From the NCBI RefSeq assembly GCF_964194025.1, contig NC_134468.1, positions 930,001-994,000 of the forward strand: a DNA stretch of 64,000 nucleotides, written 5' to 3'. Of this stretch, positions 50,789 through 61,181 are shown piece after piece (position 1 is the stretch's first letter; each line of letters begins with the position of its first letter). This DNA is from Convolutriloba macropyga (taxonomy: Eukaryota). The notes under the pieces were generated by a model that was not told the origin of the DNA, ran no database searches, and was given only the letters and a program-made list of their open reading frames with translations. The position numbers and the translations under genes are program-made.

Positions 50789-51643
50789 TCAATTTTGTTC
50801 CGGAGGTGAGCTGCTGCCAGTAGGAGTGACATCAACGTCAATCCATTTCTTGTTTTCTTTTTTCTGCAGTTTCAGATTGCGAATTCGCAAGTCTTTTAGG
50901 GCTATTTTCTCGACATCTATGAGGTATCTGCGCTTGATCAACAGAGCATTTTCAAGCTTTTTCTCGTCCGGACTGAGTTCTCGGCTCACGAAAATTGGTT
51001 TATCGTAGGTTGCAAGTTTGTGGGCGGACAGCAGGACAAGTCGCCGATGATGTTCACTGGAGAATTTTGCAATTATAGTTCTCGTTTTCTCTTTTTCGTA
51101 GGTTCCAACGCGTTTTACATCATCCATTGGGCAGTCGATATCCATGTGGGCGAGGATTTCCTTTACTTTCAGAACATCTTCATCATAACGCTCTCTGGCG
51201 GTTTTTCCGGAGGATTCGGGAATCCCTCGGAAGCGTACCCCATCGAATGTTGGCTTTTCTCGGATGATCGGCTGTGCTGGTTGACGCACGGCTGGTTTTG
51301 TCGGCTCGGGCGGAGGGGACTTGATTTCCGCTCGGATTTTGGATATCTCAGATTTGACTTCATCGAAGCTCTTTGCTATTTCCGCCACGTCCGGGGATTC
51401 TCTGCTGGATGCCAAGTTGTCTAGAACTCGGTCTCGTTGGTTGTTCTGCACACAGTCGTTACATATGAGCAAAACATTTTGTCGGATTTCCTGTAGTCCA
51501 TATATGGCTTTTTCACTCATTCCACTGCATTTCGGGGTCAGGTGCATGGAGTCGCCACACGAGACACAGTTGAACACTGCACTTTTGTTACTGATGGGGA
51601 GGGAGCACGTTTTGCAGGTGCTTTCAGGTTTTGATCGAGTCAT
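50789..51643 (-). CDS. LINE-B ORF1 (PHD-like zinc finger + RRM-like)
   Basis: ATG at 51643 (MTRSKPES); CKTC...CVSCGDSMH...C...ICNDC; VRFRGIPES, RVG, RTIIAKF, IFVSRELS. Confidence 0.88.
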   Translation of the reverse strand: MTRSKPESTCKTCSLPISNKSAVFNCVSCGDSMHLTPKCSGMSEKAIYGLQEIRQNVLLICNDCVQNNQRDRVLDNLASSRESPDVAEIAKSFDEVKSEISKIRAEIKSPPPEPTKPAVRQPAQPIIREKPTFDGVRFRGIPESSGKTARERYDEDVLKVKEILAHMDIDCPMDDVKRVGTYEKEKTRTIIAKFSSEHHRRLVLLSAHKLATYDKPIFVSRELSPDEKKLENALLIKRRYLIDVEKIALKDLRIRNLKLQKKENKKWIDVDVTPTGSSSPPEQN

Positions 51644-51663
51644 CTCGGTTGCTTTATAAACCA

Positions 51664-51964
51664 GTCGCAATTCCGAGGTAACAATTGAAACCTCCGGATT
51701 CACTGACGGGTTTATACCTCAACCGAGGGGGTGACTTTCCAACACAGATCCGCGATCCCAAAGCAAGCTAATTGATCCTGGATTCACAGGATTTGATAGG
51801 AAACTACGAGGAAATTACACAATTCCGCGATCCTAAGACAATAAATGTCTCCGGGTTCACAGGAAGTGTGATTTAGGGGAACGTAAGTACTATTACTGAG
51901 GTTTCCTTACTAATTTCTGATTGCGATCCTGAGATAACAAGACCTCCAGGTTCACTAACCAGAA
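51664..51964 (-). promoter_or_regulatory. Array of four conserved RNA stem-loops in the LINE-B ORF0-ORF1 spacer
   Basis: Cores at 51667-51703, 51752-51787, 51827-51860 and 51923-51955 share GUGAA...AU(C/U)GC, with compensatory changes in the flanking stems. Confidence 0.75.
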
Positions 51965-52005
51965 AAAAGAAAAGAAAAAATCAGAAAAACAGTGACTTAC
52001 TCTGT

Positions 52006-52476
52006 TTACTCTTGCTGTTCTGCTTTCTTGCTTTCCCGCTTCTTCTTTCTGTCCTTTTGGCGTTTGTTCGGTTTCTTCTTTGCCGGCTTCTTCGATCGCT
52101 TCTTCTTGATCAGCTTTCGAAGATTTCGACAGTTTAAGAGAATAGTGGTGACCAACTTGAGATCGATGTGGGTTTCGGGGTGTACCTGGGTTAACTGGTA
52201 AAGATATTCAAAATTTGCCTGTTTTCTTCTTGAGCTCAGGTTTTTGGTAGCTTCTAGAATGAGGATGCCGGTTTGTCGGAGGTCGATGGATAAGTCAGGG
52301 GTACCAGCTCGGCGGGTGTAGACTATGGCCTCAATCTGCCCGTTTGAGTTGAGCTTCTTGAGGATTTCGACCAGTTGCTCGGGGGAGAGGGGTCGATTGT
52401 TGTTACTTCTGTGGGGGGTGATGCTATTGTTGATCACGTCGTGCCAGATGACTATTCGTTTTCGATTTAGGAGCAC
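52006..52476 (-). CDS. LINE-B ORF0 (5'-truncated): SGNH-like protein with basic tail
   Basis: IVIWHDVINNSITPH.SNN..PL, AIVY.RR.G, LSSRRKQ and QVHP align with LINE-A ORF0; KKKRSKKPAKKKPNKRQKDRKKKR tail. Confidence 0.7.
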   Translation of the reverse strand: MLLNRKRIVIWHDVINNSITPHRSNNNRPLSPEQLVEILKKLNSNGQIEAIVYTRRAGTPDLSIDLRQTGILILEATKNLSSRRKQANFEYLYQLTQVHPETHIDLKLVTTILLNCRNLRKLIKKKRSKKPAKKKPNKRQKDRKKKRESKKAEQQE

Positions 52477-52570
52477 AAATTTGTCAATTTAATGTAGGTC
52501 ACCAATGGTCCTTCAAAAATGCGCTTGCCTATTTTTGGGGCTTTCAGATTTAGTTTGGTTTTTGGATTAC

Positions 52571-52844
52571 ATGCAGGAGTCGACTGGATTCAGGAGTGAT
52601 GTGGAAACACTCCTCTCAAATTTCATCGACACGGATTCGGTTAGGTTTGAAGACTTTGCACGAATTTATAAGGAAATGAATTTTTCGCTGGTGTTCTTCC
52701 TGCTTGATGACGAAGAGTTGCCTGCTTTCCTGGATTCAGCATACTCTATAACGAGGAGTTTTCTACAGTCCAAGTTTCAATTTCAAGTTCGAGTTGGTGC
52801 CCTATATCTTTTGTATGCTCTCTATTCACAACAGCCTTTCCATG
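52571..52844 (+). CDS. SNAPC1: snRNA-activating protein complex subunit 1 (SNAP43)-like, first visible coding exon
   Basis: DVETLLSNFIDTDSVRFEDFARIYKEMNFS...FQVRVGALYLLYALYSQQP matches the SNAPC1 N-terminal domain; phase-1 donor G|GTTAGA. Confidence 0.82.
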
Positions 52845-53289
52845 GTTAGATTAAATTTGGTTATCAACGCCTTTAGCATTAGATGACTGCTTCTCGACGT
52901 ATTGAGTTATTCAGGCTGCCATTGTCGAAAAGCAGCAGTGTAATGTTCTTTATTTACAAGCCTGCCTGTTTTATGTGAACGATTTGATTTCCGATCTATC
53001 TTTAAAAAGTATTCATTTGACGGTTGTATTGTTGCACTCGTAAATCAGTGGGTACAAAATAAACTTACGCCTGTAGTTTAATTAGTTTCAAACTTAATGG
53101 AAAACTTAAAAATTCGACCCCTGCCGCTTTTTCGAAGCTTGAGTATGTTGAAAAATTGACAACAAGCGGTAGAATAGATTTTTGTAATTGAATGATATGA
53201 ATCTTAAAGTGGAATTGTACATATCTGAAAAAGGTACGAGACATATATCTGGTAATTGATAATCAATAAGTTAACAGAAACTGTTTTAG

Positions 53290-53482
53290 GGACAGATCGA
53301 ATCAAGATAAAATTCACCCCAGAAATGTGGACTGAATTTGTAGACCTAATTGTTGAAGTGAAGGAACAAGAGCACCACGATACCAACTTTATATTCTACC
53401 AGCTGTATGCCAGTAAGGCTTTCTATCTAGTAGCCCACGCTGAGATGGTTGTCATGAACAGGGAGCAGAACAAAATTAACAC
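53290..53482 (+). CDS. SNAPC1: SNAPC1-like, next coding exon (3' end uncertain: 53447 or 53482)
   Basis: Acceptor GTTTTAG|GG is phase 1, compatible with the previous exon. KIKFTPEMW...EHHDTNFIFYQLYASKAFYLVA continues the SNAPC1 domain. Candidate donor GTTAGT at 53483. Confidence 0.75.
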
Positions 53483-54389
53483 GTTAGTGTTTAATAGCCG
53501 CCTCAGCTTCTCAGCCGGCTATTATAGATATTATATTTTTTTTACAATTCAAAGAATTTGAATTATATTGGGGCGCTGTCTTTTTTTAAGATCTGTTCAC
53601 ACGTTTTCACGATTTTTGAAGTACTTGAGTAGTGATTTTGGTCACGCCGAAACAGGAAGTGGAGCGAAAAAGCGGGTGGTTTTGCGGCGTGAATTTATTT
53701 CGCTCCAAATTTAAAGTAGAGTGAGAAAACGGTGTTTGAACAAAAATTCGCTTTCTCGCTAGTGGTTTTTTGTTTACATCCGGCAATTTCACTTTGATTT
53801 TTACTGTTTTTTCGATTCTTTGGATCGGATTTTTTTTAAATGGTTTTTCCAATCCATTCATAGTCCGTTCTAGGTCTAGTTTTCTGTTTAGTCAATGAAA
53901 ATTCTTTGAATTGTACGTCAGGACTTGTCCTGCTATGTCTTTTTACTTCGTCGAACTTTTTTTCCGCTTTACCCATTTTGCCACTTTTTCGGCATTTTGC
54001 GTGAAATATTTTTGACTTCTCTAGGCTAGTTTCACTCTTCTGTCATTCTGCTCAAAGTCCTTTTAAACAGCAGCTGCTCAGCAAAGTAATTCGAAATGAG
54101 GAGAGTCAGTATGAAAAAAATCAAAGTCAGAAATAGAAACGGGATAAACCCATAAAGCCCATTTTTTGATGCCCGGTACTTGAACTTTTGTTGGCGCCAC
54201 TTCAAATCAGCTAGAAAAGCCACCAGACAGCAAGAAATAACCTTTGAAACTGAAAAAACTTAGAATTTGTCAAATCTCAAAAATGGTCAAAACTGAAAAC
54301 TTTTATAAGTCGGGACCGAAAATTTGTCCACCCCCTCCGATTTTGGGAAGGCAAAATCCGAGCAACCCGAGAATATGGCAGACGGTTAG

Positions 54390-55173
54390 TGTTACCTCTA
54401 AGCTATCCATGGACCCAACACACGTTATTGCATCAGACCCACAATTGTGGCTATTAGCACTTATATGGTGCAATATTGGCATTTTTCGATATTTTATTTA
54501 TTGTTAAATTTCTTAAGTTGTTTATTTTATGATACTTTAGATGATCATTAAAGGTGAAACACCGTACATTCGATGCATCTAGAGCCACGTAATAATCATC
54601 CATGCTTATGTCAAAAAAGTAAATATTGCAGTAATTTGACATTTACTATGTAAACAATGACCTAATACATTTTCTTGATTAACCAATCAGAGACAAGTGC
54701 CAATGATGTTAAAATGATAAATATTTGATTATTTACTTTAACCCAATTGTTTGATTAGTGAAACCGTATTGTATTTAGAACCATTAGAAACTGTTACCAA
54801 GAGCAGTTGGCTCTCAGATAGACTAAAATTTGATTCTTTAACAACTTTAGTCTTTTTGCTAAGATTTGCTAGATCTTAAGATCTTGCAAGTTCTAAGTTA
54901 GTTAAGCTTACTTAACGAGAAGTTTGCAACAATACTAGCTACTGGCTGAAGCCTTACAAACTTCAGCACGAGATTGAATATAGATTATCACTAAGGATTT
55001 TCTTAACTTCAATCAACAAAATTAAAGTTACAGTCCTTTAATACGTCCGAGCGACTAATTATTTCTGCGAGATCGTTAGTCAATCGAACCCAGTGAAAAA
55101 CCAGGCCGGCGTAAAACTCGAGAACCAGGCTGTGATATATCGGTTCCGCTGAGATTCTTGAGCAGCCGCAACA
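54390..55173 (+). repeat. 5' LTR of a BEL/Pao element
   Basis: TGTTAC...GCAACA termini followed by the PBS-like TTTGGTCCGCCGACCCGG. The partner LTR is not in the window. Confidence 0.7.
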
Positions 55174-55264
55174 TTTGGTCCGCCGACCCGGACAACAACA
55201 GCAGTAACATAAACAACAACGAATGTTCGATTCAACCTGGTGGACCAAAACACAACCAGCAACG

Positions 55265-58200
55265 ATGGCCAGCAAAAGTCCCAACAGACACTGGAAGACA
55301 GCTGATTGGAAGGCGAGTGGTCAACTCAAGACGTTAGAGAAAGAGCAAGTTGATCTACTCAAGTCCTTCTCCAGATACCTCAACGAGCTAGAAGGCTTCC
55401 TGACACAAAACAAAACAATGACGGCCGAAGGTGCTTATCGATGTTTCTTCGAGACATACGACAACTTGGAAGACAACCGACAACAGCAGAGGTTACTATT
55501 AAAACCAAAGTATTTTGAAAGCTTTGACAATGACACCAAGCGTATGTTAGAAGAAAAGAGGAAGGTCTTGCGATGGGTAGTTGACAAAGTACCAGATCTC
55601 AGAGGCATTGAAGATTGTCGCGCAATAGTCGTCGACTACCGGAAAGATACACTGAGAGAGTACAAATTATTGGGAGATTATGTTCCAATCGCGAACGAAT
55701 TGTTAGAACTCGAAGAGAAATTGAAAGCAGAAAATTTAAGCGAATCCGAAAAACAGATACTGTGTGATCAGGCGGAACGGTTATTAGAAAAGCTAGATGA
55801 AATTTGTGCAGAAGCTCTTCGAATAGCGAAGACAGAAGCTTGTCACCATGGGTTTACGAATTTCAGTAATGCTAGGAGTCACTACCAAGACCTGATCAAA
55901 CAGTACAGGCTCAGCAAGGATTGTGGAAACCAAACATCGTTAGTGTCAACTACATCGGCTGGTGACAAAGACCCAAACGACGAAACTGTAATTGATACAG
56001 GTAATGGAGCAATATAAAACGCTGAAGAGAACAACGAGGTCTCTTCCAAGCATTCTGCTACACACGGAAGCAGAAAACAGCACAGTATCGCCAACTCGCG
56101 ATCATCGAGAAGGCGACAGATTGAGGAAATGGAGCTCGAAAACCTAAAAGCAAAGAAAGAAACAGAGCAACGACTGAGAGAGCGTCAGTTGGAGTTAGAG
56201 CAGGAGCGTGAAGAAATAGAACTTCGTCGCCAGCAAGAAGAGTTACGTTTACAACAGCAACAACAACAACGAGAACAAGAGTTACAACAACAAGAACAAG
56301 AGTTACGTCTAAAGATGCAACAACAAGAAGATGAACTGCGTCTTCGACAGCATGAGCGAGCATTTGAAATTGAAAGAAAGAAAGCAGAGGAAGAAGAAGA
56401 AAGACGTATGAAACTTGAGCTGACCAAAGGAAGCTCAAGAGCATCTGGATCAGTGGCAGATGAGATAGAAAGTGTTGGATCAAAACGAAATCACGAAAGA
56501 ACAGCCGGGTGGGTAGAATCAGGGGCTCAACAGTCTGTCCCCCAACGGTCACTATCTCCAAATGTTGTTATCGACCCTCCAAAGAATGTCGCACAGGACA
56601 GAGTTGAAAAACGTTTCAGCACCTACCCGAAAACTACCCCACTGTTCCAACCGGGTGAAGGACTTTTCTCAACGCAACTGACAGAACCGAGCATTCTCAA
56701 GAAACCAGAAATCCGTAAACCAATTAGAGTAACGGAACCACCAGCACCGCCGTTGACAAGGACGACGTTTCAGCAGCAGGGAACGTCAGCAGTTCAAGAC
56801 AGAAACAGGAGTCAGAGTCCCATTAACAACTCTCGAAACAGGTCTGCTGAGAGCAGAAACAGGAGCATAATGAATCACACCACTCCCCAAGTCATTTACC
56901 AACCAGTACCAAGCAGTGGTGCCAGTGGCTTGCCAAAACTAAAACTGACTGAGTTTTCAGGAGACCCACTGGAGTGGCCAGAGTGGTCAGGTCTTTTTGA
57001 TGTTGTTGTCCTTCAAAAGCCAATCAGCGATACAGAAAAGATGCAATATCTGAAGACCAGTCTCACGGGCCAAGCGAAAGCAGCAATATCGGGAATGGGA
57101 TTCAGCTCACAATCATACTATCATGCTTGGGATATACTCTGTGAGAAGTATGGCAGATCAGATTTCATAGTCAACGCGCAATTCAAGAAAATACATGCTC
57201 ATTCTCCAGTTCGGCATGACGATTCTACAAGCATCGTCAAATTCGCAAATGTGGTTACAAATGTGGTAAACACTTTGACTCAACTTGGATACACATCAGA
57301 CCTAGAAGCAGAAACAGGGCTAAGTTCAACAACGAGAAAACTTTCTCCGCAACTGAGAGAACAGTGGTTGCAATACATGCAAGATCGTCGACTACTGAGA
57401 GGTAACCTGATTAATTTCAAGGAGTGGCTTGCCTCCAAAGCTGCAATTCATGAGAACTTGTTAGCACAGACAAACTCGTCGTTTGACAGAAACAAATTTC
57501 AAAGCCGTGATAAGCCGAAGACGAGTACCTTTGCATCAAACGCTGAGGAGTCAAGCAAACCCAAGAATTTCGAATGTCCCTTCGAAGACGGACAGCATCC
57601 TATATGGACGTGTGAAAAGTTGAAATCACTGAAAGTAAATGAACGACGAGAGCATGTCCAGAAATTCAGACTGTGTTTCAATTGTTTGAAACCAGGTCAC
57701 ATGTCGAAGGACTGCAGAAGCAGGACCTGCAGCGTACCCAGCTGTGGAAGGCGGCACAACAGGCTTTTGCACAGCGAACTACCGAAGAAGGAAACTACAA
57801 AGAATGTCTCAGATGCTACAACGGCAGTTGCAACTAACATCACCCAAGGAGGACTCCCTGTGGTACGAATCAAGCTGAGAAACAGAGACTTAAGCCTAAA
57901 TGTACTAGCGATGTGTGATTCAGGATCCTCAATCTCATTTGTGGACAAATCAGTGGTGTCAAAACTCCAACTCCAAGGCCGAAAAGCATCTCTATCAGTA
58001 GCAGGGATCCATGGATCACAGGATGTAAAGACTGAAATTGTGCCGATAGCTGTTTCAGCACATGAGAAGTCTCGACCATTGACAACAGTGCAGTTCTACG
58101 TACACGAAAAACTGAAATTGGGTGACCAAATTGTGGAGTTGCAAGAATTGAAAGACCGTTACCCACATCTGAGGAACTTGCCAGATCAGAGCTACAATCT

Positions 58201-60454
58201 AAACGATGTTCAAGTGATTCTTGGACAAGATTGCTACGACATTCATCACCCTTTTGAATTCAAGAAGTCAGAAGACAAAACTGCACCATGGGCAGTGAAA
58301 ACAAAGATTGGTTGGGCTTTAAGTGGACCCCTACCAGCGAAGCAAGCAGCAATTCTTGCAACCACAGCAACTTCAATTGCAGATGATAAATTAGCAAACC
58401 AGTTGAGTAAGTGGTGGGATATCGAGTCCTACGCTTCAAACTGCGATGTCACCGGACATTCAAAGGAAGAACAACGAGCAATCAAGACGTTGGAACAAAC
58501 GACCCGATTCAACGGTGAAAGATACGAAGTTGGACTTCTGTGCCGAGAGGACGAAGTGAAGTTACCAAACAACTTCTACTCTGCAATGGGGCAACTCAAG
58601 TCCCTAGAACGACGCCTACAGAAAGACGAGACGCTAAAGAAGCGCTACCAAGAAACCATTGACACGGATGTCATCGCTGGATACGTTCGGAAAGTTGATC
58701 AAGCTGAACTGAATGAAACCAAAGACAAATTGCAATGGTATTTACCACATCATCCCGTCATAAACCCGCACAAACCCGAAAAAGTCAGAACAGTGTGCAA
58801 CGCAGCAGCAAACTATCAAGGTGTAGCCCTAAACGACAAACTTCTACCTGGGCCAGACCTGCTGCAGAGTTTGATCGGAATCATATTTCGCTTCCGAGAA
58901 CACCAAATAGCCTTATCAGCCGATATATAAGCAATGTTTCTTCAAGTAGCTGTCCCAAAGGATGACAGCCGATGTTTACGATTCCTCTGGAGAGAAGATC
59001 CAGAGCGGAGAATAGAAATCTACGAGTACACACGACACGTTTTTGGGGCGAAAAGCTCGCCGACTTGTGCAAATTACGCCTTGCACCAAGTGGCGAAAGA
59101 TAATGCAGTCAACGACGAAAATCTGGTCAAAGCTGTCCAGCGAAACTTCTACATGGACGACTTCCTCAAGTCAGTCAGAACACCTCAAGAAGCGATTGAA
59201 ATCTACCAGAAAGTCAGAGACATCCTTAGCAAAGGTGGATTCAATTGACGAAATGGATAACCAGTGACGAAGAAGTCAAGTCACACATTCCAGAGACAGA
59301 CAGATCAAAGAAAGTTGTGAAAACTTTCGAAGCAGAACCACAATCATCCTCAATCCTAGGACTCAACTGGAATGTGGACACAGACAGTCTCATAGTCTGT
59401 CGTGGAACTGAGCAAGAAGTTCCAGCAAAAATAACTCAGAGAATCGTCCTATCCTTTGTCTCAGCAGTGTTCGACCCACTTGGGATATGTTCACCATTCA
59501 CCATACGAATGCGGTTTCTACTCTATACGAAAGCGTCTGGGCAGCAATGGGACAAGCATGGGACAAAGAGTTGTCAGCAGAACACTCAAAACTGTTCTGT
59601 GATTGGTGCTCTGAGTTGAGAGAAATAGGGACAATGTCAATAAATCGACTTTATTTTGAAAACGGATGCACAAACTTGAGACTACACATCTTTACAGATG
59701 CATCAGAGGAAGCAATGTGCATTGTGGCATATCTGCAAGATGAAGCAACGCTTAAACTGACATTTGTCATAGGGAAATGTCGTGTGGCACCCATCAGACA
59801 TATGACGGTACCGAAATTAGAACTTCAAGCCGCATTCTATGGAGTTCGTCTCAGAAAGCGGATACTCAATGAACATGATGTCAAAATTGACAAAATCTAT
59901 CATTGGACCGACTCATCAACAGTGCTACAGTGGCTCCAGGCAGATGAAGAAAAGTGGCCAAAGCTGTGGTGCCAAGTGAACGAACTCGAACCTGAGCAAG
60001 TTACGAGTACTGTAGCAACAGAAACAAAACTAGACCAAATATTTGACTGGAGACGATAGTTCCTTCAACCGAATTAGAAACTTCATTGCCTACTGCATGA
60101 GGTTCAAGACAAAGCAGAAGGGTCCCCTCAAAGCAGGCGAAATTCATCAAGCAGAGCAAATACTGTTTCGATTTGTTCAAAACGAAAGCTTCCCGAATGT
60201 TTCGAAGTCTATAGCAAACAGCAAAGAAATCCCCAAAACTTTAAACATTGCCAAATTGTCACCCTTCATAGAGGAAGATGGAACAATTAGAGTTAAAGGT
60301 CGACTGAAGCATTCAAACCTTGATTACAATGCAAAACATCCAATATTATTAACCGCGAAACATCCAGTTGTACAACTTCTGTTGGAGAGAGCGCATCGAG
60401 ACAACCTACATGAGGGCACAGAATATGTGAGAAACATGCTCCAACAAGAATACT
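55265..60454 (+). mobile_element. BEL/Pao LTR retrotransposon gag-pol (disrupted; interrupted in the integrase)
   Basis: LPKLKLTEFSGDPLEWPEW (DUF1759-like), CFNCLKPGH..C..C...CGRRH knuckles, CDSGS protease, YLPHHPV, FYMDD RT, FTDASEEA RNase H, H..NLHEG integrase start. Stops at 56015 and 58928 plus frameshifts. Confidence 0.93.
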
Positions 60455-60489
60455 AGTAGTAACGTATACACCATGGAAGATCGGGGGGG

Positions 60490-60650
60490 GGGGTTGTCAT
60501 CCCATGTAAGAGATAGGGTTTTCCTGAGGACAACCCTACCTTTTGCATTGGGAAGGACAACCCAACCCGATACATGCGCTATGACAACCCAACCTTTTGC
60601 ATGGGATAGGACAACCCAACCTTTTACATGCAGGGACAACATAACTTTTA
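60490..60650. repeat. Subterminal ~27-28 bp tandem repeats of the Polinton terminus
   Basis: About 4.5 copies of GACAACCCAACCTTTT(G/A)CATG, plus one inverted copy (GGGTTGTC) near 60490. Confidence 0.85.
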
Positions 60651-60767
60651 CATGTAACAGCCGAAATATTATCCAAACATTTTACCCTTTTATTGAGGGA
60701 GACTTGACAAAGGGATTAAGGGGATTGGGTTACTGTCTAGAAATTACCATTTCTGAAATAGTGCGCG

Positions 60768-61181
60768 ATGACAACAATTGCTACGGTGGATTTGGATAGG
60801 ATTCATGAGATATACAAGAAAGTGAAAAAAGAATATTCGCAATACGGTGAAAGATTTTTGTATTTTTTAGCAACTTGCTTGTATTTGGATCCTGACCTCG
60901 ATTTGGAAATTGCATTGAAATTGAGACCGTATGGTGGATTGATTGGGATTGACAATTCTTCGTTAGACGTTTATTTCAAAAATTTTAAAATTTTAAGACT
61001 ACATGCAATTCTTCATGATGCTTGTGGTTTTGTGTATGAGTACAGTGAAAAGGGACCCGGTTATTCATACGTTTTACCCTGTCCAGTCACAAATGAATAT
61101 GTGGGTCATGTGACTGGTATCGCTTTCTGTTTTTACTTAAAGACTTTCAAAAACCGTTTATTCAATCGATTGGAATGTTGA
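60768..61181 (+). CDS. Polinton small protein with LHAILHDA motif (possibly PLA2-like)
   Basis: 137-aa intact ORF with a His-Asp dyad in a predicted helix after a Gly-rich segment. Function tentative. Confidence 0.6.
   Translation: MTTIATVDLDRIHEIYKKVKKEYSQYGERFLYFLATCLYLDPDLDLEIALKLRPYGGLIGIDNSSLDVYFKNFKILRLHAILHDACGFVYEYSEKGPGYSYVLPCPVTNEYVGHVTGIAFCFYLKTFKNRLFNRLEC

Larger units (their letters stand above)
47832..52530 (-). mobile_element. CR1/L2-type LINE (LINE-B), 5'-truncated within ORF0, intact ORF1 and ORF2
   Basis: (CTA)n 3' tail at 47832-47863 and a short 3' UTR with two small hairpins. Flanks rejoin to match the empty paralog at 40760-40840. Imperfect TSD-like ATTTTTGGGG.TT(T)CAG on both sides. 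Confidence 0.93.

Noticed and set aside
51644-51703. GTG-initiated N-terminal extension of LINE-B ORF1 in the ORF track
   Set aside because: The GTG is the GUGA of the last hairpin; the ATG at 51643 precedes the zinc finger directly.
51664-51964. SECIS interpretation of the GUGA...GA hairpins, with the ORF1 UGA as selenocysteine
   Set aside because: There is no conserved apical AA, the GA register shifts in one copy, Watson-Crick/wobble pairing explains all four copies, and the hairpins lie upstream of the UGA rather than in a 3' UTR.
60490-60650. CRISPR-like array
   Set aside because: Repeats are nearly contiguous with no unique spacers of CRISPR length, there are no cas genes, and the context is a eukaryotic Polinton terminus.
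60473-60799. 108-aa ORF
   Set aside because: It is a translation of the terminal tandem repeats, with no protein signal.
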